Shown: one piece after another, positions 1 to 12,049 of the stretch
Layout of the letters: each line of letters starts with the position of its first letter
Position numbering within the stretch: the first letter of the stretch is position 1
DNA from: Lama glama
Taxonomy: Eukaryota
DNA: 64,000 nt
Assembly (NCBI GenBank): GCA_028534125.1
Contig: CM052816.1
Span: 16,556,001 to 16,620,000, forward strand
Reading direction: 5' to 3'
The notes under the pieces: generated by a model
What the model was told of the DNA's origin: nothing
Database searches by the model: none
What the model saw: only the letters and a program-made list of their open reading frames with translations
Made by a program: the position numbers and the translations under genes

Positions 1-521
1 AGACAGGGGTCCTGCCCTAGAAGAGGTTGTGGATTTGTTGTGGAGGGTACACATATCTTGAACAAGTAAAATAGTTCACTGTGGAATGAACAGTCACATA
101 GCATAGAAAGCAACAAAGCAGTAAAGATCTAGTGTGAGCTCTTTGGATCAAAATAATATACGTTCGATGAAATGCTTTCGGGAGAGAAGAAACCAGGAAG
201 ACTTCGTGGAGGAGGTAGCCTCCTGTAGAACAGTAGACTATAATCACAAGGCTCTGGAGTCTCATTCCAAGCATTTCCCAGTCCTAATCCCTTTCCTTCA
301 GGTCCCTTCTTCATTCTCTTTCCTTCCATATCCCAGAATTCCTCTTATTGAATCAGCAAAGTGCAAGGGAATGCCTTGTGGAGAGGTGGGAGCAGGATGA
401 TCAAGGGCAGGTTTGGTCAGTCAGTAGGGAAATGACCTACAACGGCTCTGGTTCCCGAAAATGACCTACAGGCTGAATCTAAATGGAAACTCGGACTCCC
501 CGTCCCAGATCATCTTTGGTT

Positions 522-880
522 AGCTTTTGTTTTTCAATTGAGATATGATTCATGTAGCTTAATACTCAATACTTTAAAACATACAATTGAGTGGTTTTTA
601 ATATGTTCACAAAGTTGTGCAACCATCACCACAATCTAACACAAGAACATTTTCATCATCCCAGAAAGAAACCCTGTGTCCATTAGCAGGCACTCCTCAT
701 TTCCCACTCAACCTCTCTCAGGCCACCGCTAATCAACTTTCTGTCTCTATAGATTTGCCTATTCTGGATATTTGTATCAAGGGAATCGTATAATGTGTGG
801 TCTTTTGTGACTGGTTTCTTTCACTTAGCATAAGTATTTTTAAGGTTCATCTCTACTGTAGCCAGAATCAGTACTTCCAT
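522..880 (-). mobile_element. Old L1 (L1MB-like) 3' end
   Basis: Resembles the reverse complement of the L1MB 3'UTR (gttgtgcaaccatcaccacaatct...ctttctgtctctatagatttgcctattctgga...ctttcacttagcat). Confidence 0.85.
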
Positions 881-1054
881 CCTACTGGTTCCTGGCTCCA
901 ACAGCTTCTTCTTCAGGTAAAGTGGTCTGCATTCTGGGTATTCACCTATCTCTCTAGTTTTCAGGGTGGCAGTTTGTCCTTTGGCCTCAGTTTCTGACGG
1001 ATCTAAGAGAAGCTGTTGATTTTCAGTCTGTTTAGCTTTTTTCTTGTTGTGAGG

Positions 1055-1845
1055 CAGCTGGGATTTTGATAGGAATTGAGTTGAATCTGTAAACTAATCT
1101 GAGGAGTATTGCCATCTTAACTATATTGAGTCTTCCATGAACATGAAACTGAAGACAGATTCCTTAAACTATAACTTGCTTAATAAATAATATCCTGTAA
1201 CCTGCCTTTACTGACTAAGCTCGCTTTGTTTTTGCAAAGTGCATACCCCCTTAGCTTCACAAGGCTTAGACAGTATATCACAAGACTCTTTTAACCACCC
1301 CCTATAGGTAACAACTCTGACGTATGGGTTGCTATAGTAACGATTGCTTAAATTGTTTTTCGAAAACATAGAGCTAGTCTTGCCCAGTTCAAGACTATGG
1401 ACCATTCAACTGGGCCTGCGCAAGTGTCTGATGGATGACCTTTGGATACCAGAGGGCCAAAACCCTCTGAGATCATCATTCTTAAGAAGCCATTTCCTGA
1501 ACATGAGTCTCACAAAGAAGCATGTAACTGAGACACACCTGCACAAAACACCAATTACTTCACAATTTTCTTGCCTCCAATCATTCTTCCCTACGTCTCA
1601 GCTTCTTTATCCTATAAACATCCCCAGCCCCTCACCTTTGGAAAGGTGGAATTTGATAACCTGTTCTCCAGTCTGCTTGGCTGAGTCGTGAGTAAACCGT
1701 TTCTCTGCTGCAAATCTCAAAGTCTCAATGTTGGGCTTCTGCACATCAGGCAAACGAACCTGGTTAGGTAACAAACCTGGGATGTATTTTCATTTATTTA
1801 GGTTTTCTTTAATTTCTTGCAACGGTATTTTATATTTTTCAGTGT
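1055..1845 (-). mobile_element. Old L1 ORF2 fragment split by an LTR
   Basis: gggattttgataggaattgagttgaatctgta...gagtcttccatgaacatg resumes after the LTR as tgggatgtattttcatttatttagg, contiguous antisense L1 ORF2. Confidence 0.75.
1150..1773 (+). mobile_element. ERV1-class solo LTR (MER39/MER4-group-like)
   Basis: TG...CA termini (tgaagac...ggtaaca), TATAAA at 1613, AGTAAA polyA-like signal at 1691, MER39-like motif ccagagggccaaaaccctctgagatcat, imperfect 4-bp flanks aaac/aacc. Interrupts an L1 fragment. Confidence 0.75.
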
Positions 1846-2899
1846 ATCTTCCCTTAACTTTTGTCCTTCCCTGGCTCAGCTGCTGCAGAGCTGAAGGGTT
1901 AAGATGTGAGAAGGGTAGAGGGGATTGTCACTATTTCTCAGCCAGGGGCAAGACCAGGGCTCCCTTGGGATGACCCATGCAGGGTGTTGGGCAGTTATTA
2001 GAGGGCCTTCATGCTGAAATGCTGGGCACAGTTGTTGGTCAGCATGTACTTGGCACTGTCCCACTCTGGGCCACTCACTGATGCCTAGTTCTTGAAATGC
2101 TGAGATGGGAAGTCTTTCAGGCTCATTATTCCAGGAAAGCATCTTCTTGGGCCAGCCTTGCAGTAGCAGCCTCAGTGACCATGAAGTCTGATTCCCAGCT
2201 GCTATCTGCCCTTGGAATTTCTCCTGCCAGGAACGACAAGGTGCCTTCTCCAGGAATATTGCTGGCAGAGAGGACAAGAACTATGCAAACTGTCTTCCCA
2301 AGCCTTTCCCTAATCGTATCAAATTCCTTTACAAGGAGTCTTCTAGCCTAACTGGAGTTTGATAATTACAAATTATTTCTAGTAGAAATGCTGACTGTGG
2401 GAAAGCAGGTTAGAGCAAATTTAATTCATATTAAAGCCATGGTCAGATCATCATGAACCTTCAAGATATTTATTTTTCCATCAGCTTCTCCCTGGTTCCC
2501 CCACCTCCCTTTTTGGCCTGGCTAAGCTGGAGACTTGCCTAATACAAATAACATTAAAATAAAATCATGTGAAAGCTCAGGGGAACACGCCTGAGTAATG
2601 GAGAAGATAATAAGCTTGGACAACCACCTCAGCCCTCTCCTCTTAGTCCCTCAAGGCAGATGAAAGTTCATGACTGATTTGGGATCCCTTCTAACATAAA
2701 TAGGAGGAAAACTAGAGCTTAAGTGGTTTAAGGAAAAAATTGTAATAGTGTACCAGATTGCTTTCACTCCACTGATACTCACTCAGTCCCTGCATCTCTG
2801 AAGTAATTCCCACTCTCTAAGTCATGATAGGGGGAGCTGTGGGTGTTGAACAGAACAAAGAGATACAACCATGAGAAATAAACCAACACAGAGGTAGTT

Positions 2900-3050
2900 C
2901 CGTTCATTCGTTCATTCATTAAACATCTAATTGCTAACTGTCCCAGGCACTGTGCTGGCTGCAGGAGACGCAGAGATGAGGGAGGTGGCAAAACCATCCC
3001 TGCCCCCTAGTTGTTCTTAAGGAGGGAGGTAGATGTGCAGCCAGATAAGC
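2900..3050 (-). mobile_element. L2 3' end fragment
   Basis: ttcattcgttcattcattaaacat...ccaggcactgtgct is the antisense L2 tail. Confidence 0.7.
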
Positions 3051-4099
3051 CACACTACCAGCAAATTTGCTGCTTCCTAGAATCTGCAGCCAATGACTGT
3101 CCCCCTCAGCTTGGGTTGGGGCAGGAGAGGTGATGAGTGGTCATCTCAACCATGTATCTAGGGGCTGGAAATCAGAGCTGCTAATTCATCTTTGAAAATG
3201 AGAAAAAAAGAAGGGAGGGAAAGAGAGAGGAGGGAGGAGGGCTGTCACTGATCTTGCAGGGGAAGGCTTTTCTACTTCTCTTGTAGCTTTGAATGGACAA
3301 CTCTGTTGGTCTCAGAGATCTGATTCTTCAGACATAGAGTCTGGCTGCAGGGGTGAGGGAGGTAATGAAAAGACTATGAAGAAAAAACAAGCAGAGTGTC
3401 TGAACCTAAAAGGTAACACTTGGTAGCAGCTATTGTCTATAAAATGGAGCTCCTCCCTGCTTGCCTTTCCAAGAGTCGATGAGAGTAAGGAAGAAGATGG
3501 CTGAGAAGTGTCTTGAGGTAAGTGGAGAAGTGTCAGGCTGACAGCCCTCACGCCAGCAGCAGCAGCATTCAACTGTGAGCCAAATCACTTGGGGGCAGCT
3601 AGAGGCTGCTTTACCTTATTACCACAAAAATGCCATGGTTTTTATTACTGGGTACAGTGACCATGTTTTTGGCTCCTCCAGGGCCTGGGTGTTTGGTGAG
3701 TCATCCCTCAAATCTTTTCTCAGTGTGAAATGGATTGCTGCATTTTCAGGGCTTAATTGTCTGCACCAGCTAAAAGCTCTCTGCCAGTAATGAAAATACA
3801 TCCACTCTTTTTATCAAGAAAAAAGGATAATAACTCAGCCAGCTTTAGCTTACATTTTATTGAACATCAGCCCAGCTTGTTTCTAAGGACATCTCTGATG
3901 TGAAACACAGAAGGCTGCTTGCTGGGGGGCTGGGGGACTCAGGAAAGGTCGGGGAAAACAAAGGGCAAAAGGGTGCCCAAGGCTGCCCTCCTTACTCCCT
4001 CAGAGTACCCAGCTTTCCAAAATGACAGCTGTCCCTTCCCAAGGAGCTGGAGGATGGTGAAAATTGAAAATCTCTTTGCTCTCATTGAAGATGAATGAC

Positions 4100-4300
4100 A
4101 ACAATAGCAATGATAACTATGGCACTTTACAGTTTTCAAAGGACAAACAGAAACTCTATCATTTGATCCTTGCAACCTCCCTGAAGAGCTAGCTTGACAA
4201 GTGTTACTGTGTCATTGCCATAAACAATGAAACTAAGGCTTAAGAAAGGGAAGTGACTTACCCTTCCCAGCTAGTGCTAGAGTCAGTGTCTGATACCTGA
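4100..4300 (-). mobile_element. MIR-family SINE
   Basis: atcatttgatcctt...gaaactaaggcttaagaaagggaagtgacttaccc matches the antisense MIR core. Confidence 0.65.
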
Positions 4301-4664
4301 GCTGGGAAGCCTTTCAAAAACTCCACACCCAGAGGTGGGGGTGCTTCTTGGGGGGTGGGGGGAAGAGGGACAGCGCTCACGGGAGTAACTGGTACAAAAT
4401 GGGGTAAGACCTCAGGGACTTATGCAGTTCTGAAAGACTACATTTGAAGAACCTAAAACAATCTCCACATTCCCTCAATTCTATCTCCAAAATCTCCTCT
4501 TACACCAGTGCTCCAGCCACACTGTCATCCTGCAGCAATATTCTTGAGCACCAAATTACAGTCAGCCATTCTCCACTTCCTCCTTGCTCACAGAAGCCTC
4601 GTTTTACTCTTAGAAGCCTGATTTTTGTCAGAAATTGGGAGCGCTGGCTCTTCAATGAAGTTCA

Positions 4665-5128
4665 GTAGAAGCTAGACTACTGCTCTGTCCAACTCTAAAC
4701 CAATGTGAGTTGTTCATTCTCCTTGCTAATGACCAATTTAGGAATGCACATCTGATGACATTTTATCACATTATGAGAGGTAAAGGGAAGTCTGTGCAGA
4801 GTCAAAGGAAGGGGTTCCTTGTTCTGAAAAGGGAAGGGTTTCCCCTCTTCCTCTCTTCTTGGACATGGAGGATGAAGAAGCTGTATGAAGTTGGAGCTTT
4901 GGCAGCCATCTTGGCATCTGGAAGGATGTCATCACAAGAGGGTGACTGAACAGAAAGAAGGGAATAGTCTGGCCCTAGATGTTGTTGATTTGCTAAATTA
5001 GCCAACTTTAGAACCCTACATCTCCTGCCCTAAGCTTATTTATATGAGATAAAATTCCTTCAATTTACACCATTTTGAATTGAGGCAACATCTCTTTCTT
5101 CTCACTGAGAACATTCTAAATGCTATAC
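4665..5128 (+). mobile_element. MaLR LTR (MLT1J/K-like)
   Basis: ggcagccatcttg, then ...tatgagataaaattcc...cattctaaatgctata, a typical MLT1J/K 3' half. Confidence 0.65.
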
Positions 5129-5129
5129 C

Positions 5130-5517
5130 TCTTTTCTGTTCCTCAAACCTTCCAAGCCTGTTTTCATTTCAGGGCTGTTCCCACTGTTTGGGACACTTTT
5201 CCTTCAGATGTTCACACGGTTGTCTCCTTCTCATCGTTCAGGCCTCAGCTCAAATTTCACTTTTCCAGAGAGACTTTTTAGGAGCTACCCAATCTAAACC
5301 AGTTGTCCAATCAGTATGTTTTCATCTTAGCACTTACTAGCATCAGAAATCACGTTTGTATTTGTGTTTACTTGTTCATTGTCTATGTTTCTCAGGAGAA
5401 TATAAGTTTCATGTGAGTAAGAATTGTGTCTGACTCCCTCACCGCTGTATCCCTACCAACTGGCACAGAGCCTAGCACATAGTAGGTGCTCAATAAATGG
5501 TGAGTGAGTAAATGAAT
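5130..5517 (+). mobile_element. L2 3' end
   Basis: Ends ...gcacatagtaggtgctcaataaatggtgagtgagtaaatgaat. Confidence 0.85.
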
Positions 5518-6709
5518 CCCAAAGACAATCTCACCATGCTGCTCCCCAGTCTCCCTCTCCCCCATGGCTGGTTTGTGTAATGTTTCTGTACCCTTGGCCT
5601 TTCAATTCCTTTTATAAGAATCTAAATCTCAGGACCAGTAAGAAATAAAGAAGGCAGCAGAGAAGCAGGAAGAAAAACATCATAAAAGCAAAATTATTTT
5701 AGGCTTAAATGTAAAAAGAGAGCAGTCTGATTGCATAACATATGTAGATCTATGCAAATTACCATGCAAGTTAAATACTGGAGAAGTTTGAAGTGGTGAG
5801 AAGTCCAGAGTCCCATGTTGGGTATGCTTTCCTTCCCACCAGGAAGTAGTATCAACTTCCTAGACTTACAAAGTAGGGATGCTAACATACAGTGAAAGAA
5901 AAAAATCAATTGAGAATTACACAAGTAAAAAAGAATTTAATTTAGTTGTTGGGTTTTTCTAAAAGACAAACCTAAAAAACACTCCATGCATCCACTTTAA
6001 AGAGTAGAAATAGGAAGCATAAAATTCTTATTTGGTTTTACATAATAGCTGACTGAGATTACAGAGGAAGAGGGAGAAAGGAAATGGAAAAAAAGAAGAG
6101 AGAGATTTGAGAAATAACCCTGAAGTTACCCACATCCTTCAGAAGCAAGAATCTAATCTATGTAATAATACATAATTCTTTATATTCACAGAAAACAAAC
6201 AAAAACAAACTTCCCACCACCACACACCAACAGCCCTCTGGGTTAAAAAAAGAGAAAATATACATTTTCAGAGTTTGTTATTAAAACTGTTTAAATTCCT
6301 ATCTAAAATATGGGAGAAAGGGTACTCATTCACTTGTTCAACAACTATTTTTGGAGCACACATGTCCTGGGCCCAGAAGTAGGTGCTGGGGAGCATCTGA
6401 GAACAGGATGTGGGGCTCAGCAACTGCCCTCAGGGAGCCTGTATTCTCTCTGCTTCTCTATTCTAATTTTCAATGGGGGTAACAGCCTTTACCTGTCTCC
6501 TCTAGAAAGAAGAGATTACTTGTCTCATTTTACAGAGGAGAAGGTCCGTTTTTTAGAGCAACACGCAGTAGGCAGTCCCTGTGCTGCCATTAAGGATTTG
6601 AGGGCCCTGTCCCAGGGCCACCAGTGGACTTGCCTTTTGACAGAGATCTCAAGAGGACGCTGACCTTATATGCTGGACTTCCCAGGATATTGATGATGTC
6701 AAACATTTT

Positions 6710-7389
6710 GAGCCAATATCTCTCATACTACCAGCTCCTCAGCTATCACTCTGGCCACCACCATATCTCACTTAGTAACCGTAATAGTCTCCTGACTGTC
6801 TCCCTGCTCCTAACCTTGCCTTCCTTCTGTCTGTGCTCCACACAGCAGCCACAGGAGCTTGCCTCTTCTCTGCTCCATCCCTGTGCTGACTTCCTGTTCA
6901 CTCAAGAGAATGATCCGAAGTCCCTACGATGGCCTATAATCCCCCTCCTCAGACCTCCCCTCCTCTCCTTCCTGCTCACTCAGCTCAGGCCACACACTAC
7001 CACCAATCCCACATTAGACTTTGCATTTGGTATACCTCTGTCCAGAGTGCTCCCCTCACACACATACTCCCTCATCCTCAAGGGAGGCTCACTCCCTTCT
7101 CTTTTCAGGGCTTGACTCAGTTGTCACCTTCTCACTTCCCATCTACCCTATTTAAAATCACAAATCCCTCTGCCCTCCACAATCCTGTCTTCTTTTCTGG
7201 CTTTATTTTTCTCCATGGCTCTTATCACTTTCTGACTTAATGCATATTTTACTCATCTGTCTTGTTTATTGTCTGTCCCTCCTCCATAGAATAAAAGCTC
7301 TGAGAGAGCAGGATTTTTGTTTGCTTTGCTCATTGTTGTATCCTCAGTCCCTTGAAGAGTGACTGACAAATTAAAAAACTATTTGTTAA
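6710..7389 (+). mobile_element. L2 3' region
   Basis: Pyrimidine-rich L2 body ending ...gtctgtccctcctccatagaataaaagctctgagagagcagg...tatttgttaa. Confidence 0.8.
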
Positions 7390-7451
7390 ATTAACACAAC
7401 ATTGTAAACTGACTATACGTCAATAAAAACAAAACAAACAAACAAAATACA
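7390..7451 (+). mobile_element. Extremely 5'-truncated young L1 (62 bp) with 17-bp TSD
   Basis: TSD aaaaaactatttgttaa at 7373-7389 and 7452-7468. The insert attaacacaacattgtaaactgactatacgtcaataaaaa plus an A-rich tail is the terminal end of a cetartiodactyl-type L1. Target site is TT/AAAA. Confidence 0.9.
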
Positions 7452-9039
7452 AAAAAACTATTTGTTAAGAGTCCTTTAGTTTAAATTGACTTCATTTATG
7501 GAAAACGTGGCCTCATACTTCTCATTTTTGTGATTTTATAGAGGATCAGTGAAAATTTCATCGAAGGCTCAGCCTCGTCCTCACACTTATGTTTGGGAAG
7601 CCCTGGCCCAGAAGCTGTAAGTCCCTGGAGACAAACCCTGGCTCTGAACCCCTAAAACCAGTCCCAGAAAGGGTGGGTCCTCATTGACACTCAGCTCATA
7701 GCAGTTAGGTGCCTGAACAGCAAATGTCAGAGCCTCCTCCTAAATGCAGGCAGATTTACTTTGCAGACGGCGAGGATGCATTTTAATTTGTTGATGTGAA
7801 ATCTTAATTGAACTAAACTGCTAGAGGTAGTCTCTGTTCTCTGTCATAGTCTTAATTTAGTTGGCAAAACAAGATATCATCAGAGGAAAATCACAGGCAA
7901 AGATGCAGTGCCCAAATGCAAACACCCTGCTGTGTTTGGAGGTGGGCTGGTGTGTGACTGGCACAAGCATGAACCCCATCCACGCAACTCAGAATGCCAA
8001 CTTGGCTTTCCAGGGGTAGTCAGGGCACATCACAAGGGCTCAGATACATTGGCCCTCCCAAAGCAGCCAGGCTAACCACTGCTCCCCTCCTGGTTTCAAT
8101 GTTCTATATTTAGTGTTAGAGCAGAAGAGATAGGGGGTTTCTCACCTGAAGGTACAGAAGTATGGGAGGTGCCAGCTCTTTCGTTCATTGTTAGGGACCA
8201 TGAGCCAGTCACTTCCCCTGGCCTCGGTTTCTCTACCTGTGCAACAAGGAGGTTGGAATTCACATCCCTAAAGGCTTCCATCACAACGTGCAATATATGA
8301 CTCTCCAAGGACCTTCAGGCCTGTGTCAACGTCCAGACTGAGGCTCCTAACTATTGCCCACTAAATCCCTCCTGAGTTCTCAGCCATGGCATATGCTCAC
8401 ACTGATGGCCTCGCTGTCTCCTATGAGGAGTTAGGCTGCAGGCTTTCACTAACATAGCCTTATCCCTGACTGACAGAGTCTCAGGCTGCAATTCTGGTGA
8501 GGAGACAGCCTTAGGAATGATTCTCTTGATGATAGATGCCCCTCCATCTCTTTCCCAGACCTCCACCCCAGGATCCTTTTAGGCATGATATGTGTACCAC
8601 ACCAGCAGCTTCTATCTGCTAGGCCTCTCCATATCTGGAGAAGCGCCCACTGGGGCCTTGCTCCAAGCTCACCCTTGCTGTGGTGCCCCAAAAGGGCCTA
8701 GGCAAATCATCAGTGGAGGCTGGTGGGAATAGGCAACCTGGCAGTCCAGCTCAGATTTCTGTATTATCTTATTCCAAGGATGGTCTCTGCAAGGGAGTTC
8801 CCAGGGAAGTGACTCAGGTCTTGGTATCTGTCACTGAAGCACAGCTGTAAAAGGGCCAGGGGCAGCTTCCTTGAGGGTTAAATTCCTGAGCTGGCAAATC
8901 CCCACTCTGGTGACTCACTGGCTAGAACAGAGGGTTGCAGGTCCCAGTACCTGCATTTAGTCACAGGTTCTCATGCTGGGAATCAAGTGCTGGGTGGTTT
9001 AGCAAAGAGGCAATGCCACTTAAAAGGAAGACCACAGCT

Positions 9040-9230
9040 TTGCAGTAGAAACCACCTGGCAAGTCCCTTCTGCTCACTGAGCTGGTTTCTTCATCTGTTA
9101 GGCAGGGATGGTATTACCTACTTTAGAGAACTGTTGTGAGAACTACATACTATAAAGTTTCTGGAGTGTCTAGTCCTGTGTGTGGTCCAGACTGCACCCT
9201 CCAAATGGCAGCAGTTGATGTGTTATTATT
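9040..9230 (+). mobile_element. MIR
   Basis: ggcaagtccctt...gtttcttcatctgtta...ttgtgagaac MIR core. Confidence 0.65.
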
Positions 9231-9819
9231 ATTAAAGTCCTAGCACAGCATCGTGAGAGGACATGCAGAGCTGGAGATCTCCTTTCAATTCCTGGAGATA
9301 GTGGCAAACTACAGCTCACACAGACACACCCCTGAGGTTCCTCTTTCTCTGAACTCGTCTGTCTTGTTCTGTTTCCCCCTCAGTCTGTGAGGAGGCCAGG
9401 GTCAGGGAACGATGATGGCTGGTTGGTGGAGTCATGGCATTAAGGAGATAAACTATGAGCTCTGCTTCCCTCTACCCTTGGTGGAACTGGATATGGCCTT
9501 TTCCCATCACAGGATGGAAAGTCTGAGGATGCAAATCTAAAGCCAGCAGGCTTCTTGCACAGGAATAGCCTGGACTTATGAGCAGCCTTCCTTGGGGTGT
9601 GGTCCTTTGTAGAGACTGGACTCAGCTTTTAATTAGGTAGGACTCTTTTTACTGAAAGTGTTGGAAACCTCTTTCAAATTCTTAAGTAAAAATTGAGTGT
9701 CTTGATTCCCAGACTTGAGTAGCATTCTAATCGAAGGATCAAGGAAACCCAGAACCAAGGGACTGGAAGCAGGGACTTGGCATGAAAGGACATGCTCTCC
9801 CTTGAAGAAAATCAAACAT

Positions 9820-11620
9820 GGTGTTGCAGTAAAGTCTGGGCCACTTTATGTTGGGAGGTCAGGAAAGGTCAGTCATGGGCAGATCTGTGGATGGGGCCAC
9901 TCCAGGCAGAACTAATACAGCCGGTGCAAAGGCCCTAAGTCAGGAATGAGTTTGTTCAATGAACAGAAGGAAGTTGGTGTGAGTAGAGACGGTGAGCCAG
10001 GAAGAGAACATAAGAGATGACAGCCACAAAGGAGGCAGAGGCCAGAACATGAAGGATCTTGTAGGTCAAGATACGGAGTTTTTACTGTATTCAAAAAACT
10101 GGGGGAAGTCTCTAGAGGTTTTTAAACAATAGAGGGGGTTAACCTAACATATTTAAAAGAAAATTCCAGTTACTGTATGGAAAGGACACCAGGGATCAGG
10201 GTAGAAGAAAGCTTTGGGGGAGACTAAGGGAGGAGCAGATTTGGGCACAGGGTAGGGTAACAGTTCTGTCCTGGTCATGTTAAATTTGAGATGCTGATTA
10301 CAGGTTATGTTATTTCCTTAGGGCTGCTGTGACAAATGACCACAAACTGAGTGGCTTAAAACAACAGAAATTAATTCTCTCCCAATTCTGAAGGCCAGAA
10401 ATCTGGAATCAAGGTGTAAGCAGGGTTGGTTTCTTTCAGGTGCTCTGAGGGAGAATTTGTACAATGTCTCTCTCTTCTAGCTTCTGGTGGTTGCCAGCAG
10501 TCCTCGGCTGGAGATACATCACTCCAATCTCTGCCTACATCTTCACATGGCATTCTCCCCATTTATCTCTATGTCTCTATGTCTTTTCTTCTTCAGTCCT
10601 AATGTATTTAGAGCCCACTGTAATCCATATGACCTCATCTTGATTACATCTGCAAAGATCCTATGTTCAAGTCAAGTCATATTCACAAGTACCAGAGGTT
10701 AGGACTTCAATATATCTTTCTGGGAGCCACAATTGAATCCACAGCAGATATCAAGTGGGCTGGTAAGTATCGAAGGCTGAAATTCAGAGGAGAGGTCTGG
10801 CTTGCAGATACTAGCTTGGCAGTCATAGAAAACCAGCCATGGGACCAGATGTAGATAGAGTACAGAAGAGGTGATAGGTTGAACTCTACAACTGTCTAAT
10901 ATTTAGTGGTTCGTGAATAGAAGGAGTCAGTAAAGGAGACTGAGAAGTGGTCAGTGAGGTAGAAAACCAAGAGAGTACAGTGTCCTGGAAGCCAAAGGGA
11001 GATCATGTTTCAAGACAGAAGTAGCAGTCAACTATGCTGAGAAGCAGCTCTTAGACCTGGCAGCATGCTGACCATTGGTGATCCTGACATTTTAATTTCA
11101 GTGGAGTGGTGAGGATGGAAGAGAGAATATGACAGAAGAAGTAGAGGTAGGAACTATATACCACTCTTTCCAGTAGTTCTGCCATGAAGCATAGTAGAAA
11201 AACTGGGTGGCAATAGAAGGGAGTACAGGGTAACTGGAGGGTTGTTTATTTATGTTTTAAAGCTACAACACATTAGAGAATGTCTGTATGATACGGAGCA
11301 TGTTCTACTGCAGCAGTTGGCTGTTGACGGAAGCAGGGACACTCAATCCACTGTATAAAGAGGGAAGGTAGATCATGTGAGTACACATACAGGTAGGGAA
11401 ATAGAACTGGTGCTAGGAAAATGAGGGAGCAACTCTCTAATTGCTTCTATTTTTCCCATGAGGGATGAGGCAAGATCATCAGCTTAAAGTGAGGAGTGAA
11501 GAGAGGGAAAGATGTTTCAAGACACAGGAGGAGTTATGAAGTGGAAGTTTTGAAGACTGAAAAGTGAATCTATTAAAGGAGTATAGGAAGGTTACAGAAT
11601 AGTAAGTGTCCTCTTTAGAG
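9820..11620 (-). mobile_element. L2 body, interrupted by MLT1C
   Basis: Antisense L2 motifs (tgcaaaggccctaag, catgttaaatttgagatgc, tcagaggagaggtctggc, gtgtcctggaagccaa) continue on both sides of the LTR. Confidence 0.8.
10306..10746 (-). mobile_element. MaLR solo LTR (MLT1C-like)
   Basis: tttccttagggctgctgtgacaaatgaccacaaactgagtggcttaaaacaacagaaatt...gattacatctgcaaagatcctat...aggacttcaatatatc. Confidence 0.9.
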
Positions 11621-11629
11621 TTCCTATTC

Positions 11630-11918
11630 ATACCTGGGACTCTTTCCAGACATCTTTCTTCTGGGTCGGTACCTCCTCTCGGGAAAATGCTCTGGGTGGC
11701 ATTATTTAGGTCTTATGCTTAGCTCTTGTCCAATCACTGTGTCCAGACGATAAGATACTGTGACTAGGCTGATGTGAGTCACAAACTTAGCTTTAAGACT
11801 AGAAGGCTGGTGTTATGACTGGCAGCCCCACCAGAACTACATGCAGTTGAGGGGGAGGCAGTGTTTCCTCAAAGGAAACAGGGGTGTTAGACAGACAGAA
11901 AGCAACAGACATCCACTC
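11630..11918 (-). mobile_element. Old MaLR LTR fragment (MLT1K/L-like)
   Basis: ccaatcactgtgtccag...cagacagaaagcaacagacatccact. Confidence 0.55.
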
Positions 11919-12049
11919 TCTCCTACTGCTCTCACAGGGTTGTCCTGAGGCCCATGAGACAGTATCTGTGAAACTGCATTATGGAATGCATAGCACTACA
12001 CAAGGTGAGGGGTTATTACAGTAACACTTAGTAAATTATGGATTTGTTT

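Noticed and set aside
1880..2370. Possible ancient LTR ending ...gataattaca
   Set aside because: I could not assign a family or a 5' terminus with enough confidence.
3497..3523. ATG GCT GAG AAG TGT CTT GAG followed by GTAAGT (possible first coding exon)
   Set aside because: No promoter or CpG island upstream and no recognisable N-terminus or downstream exon.
6624..7115. 163-aa ORF
   Set aside because: Lies within decayed L2. Residual L2 frame, not a host gene.
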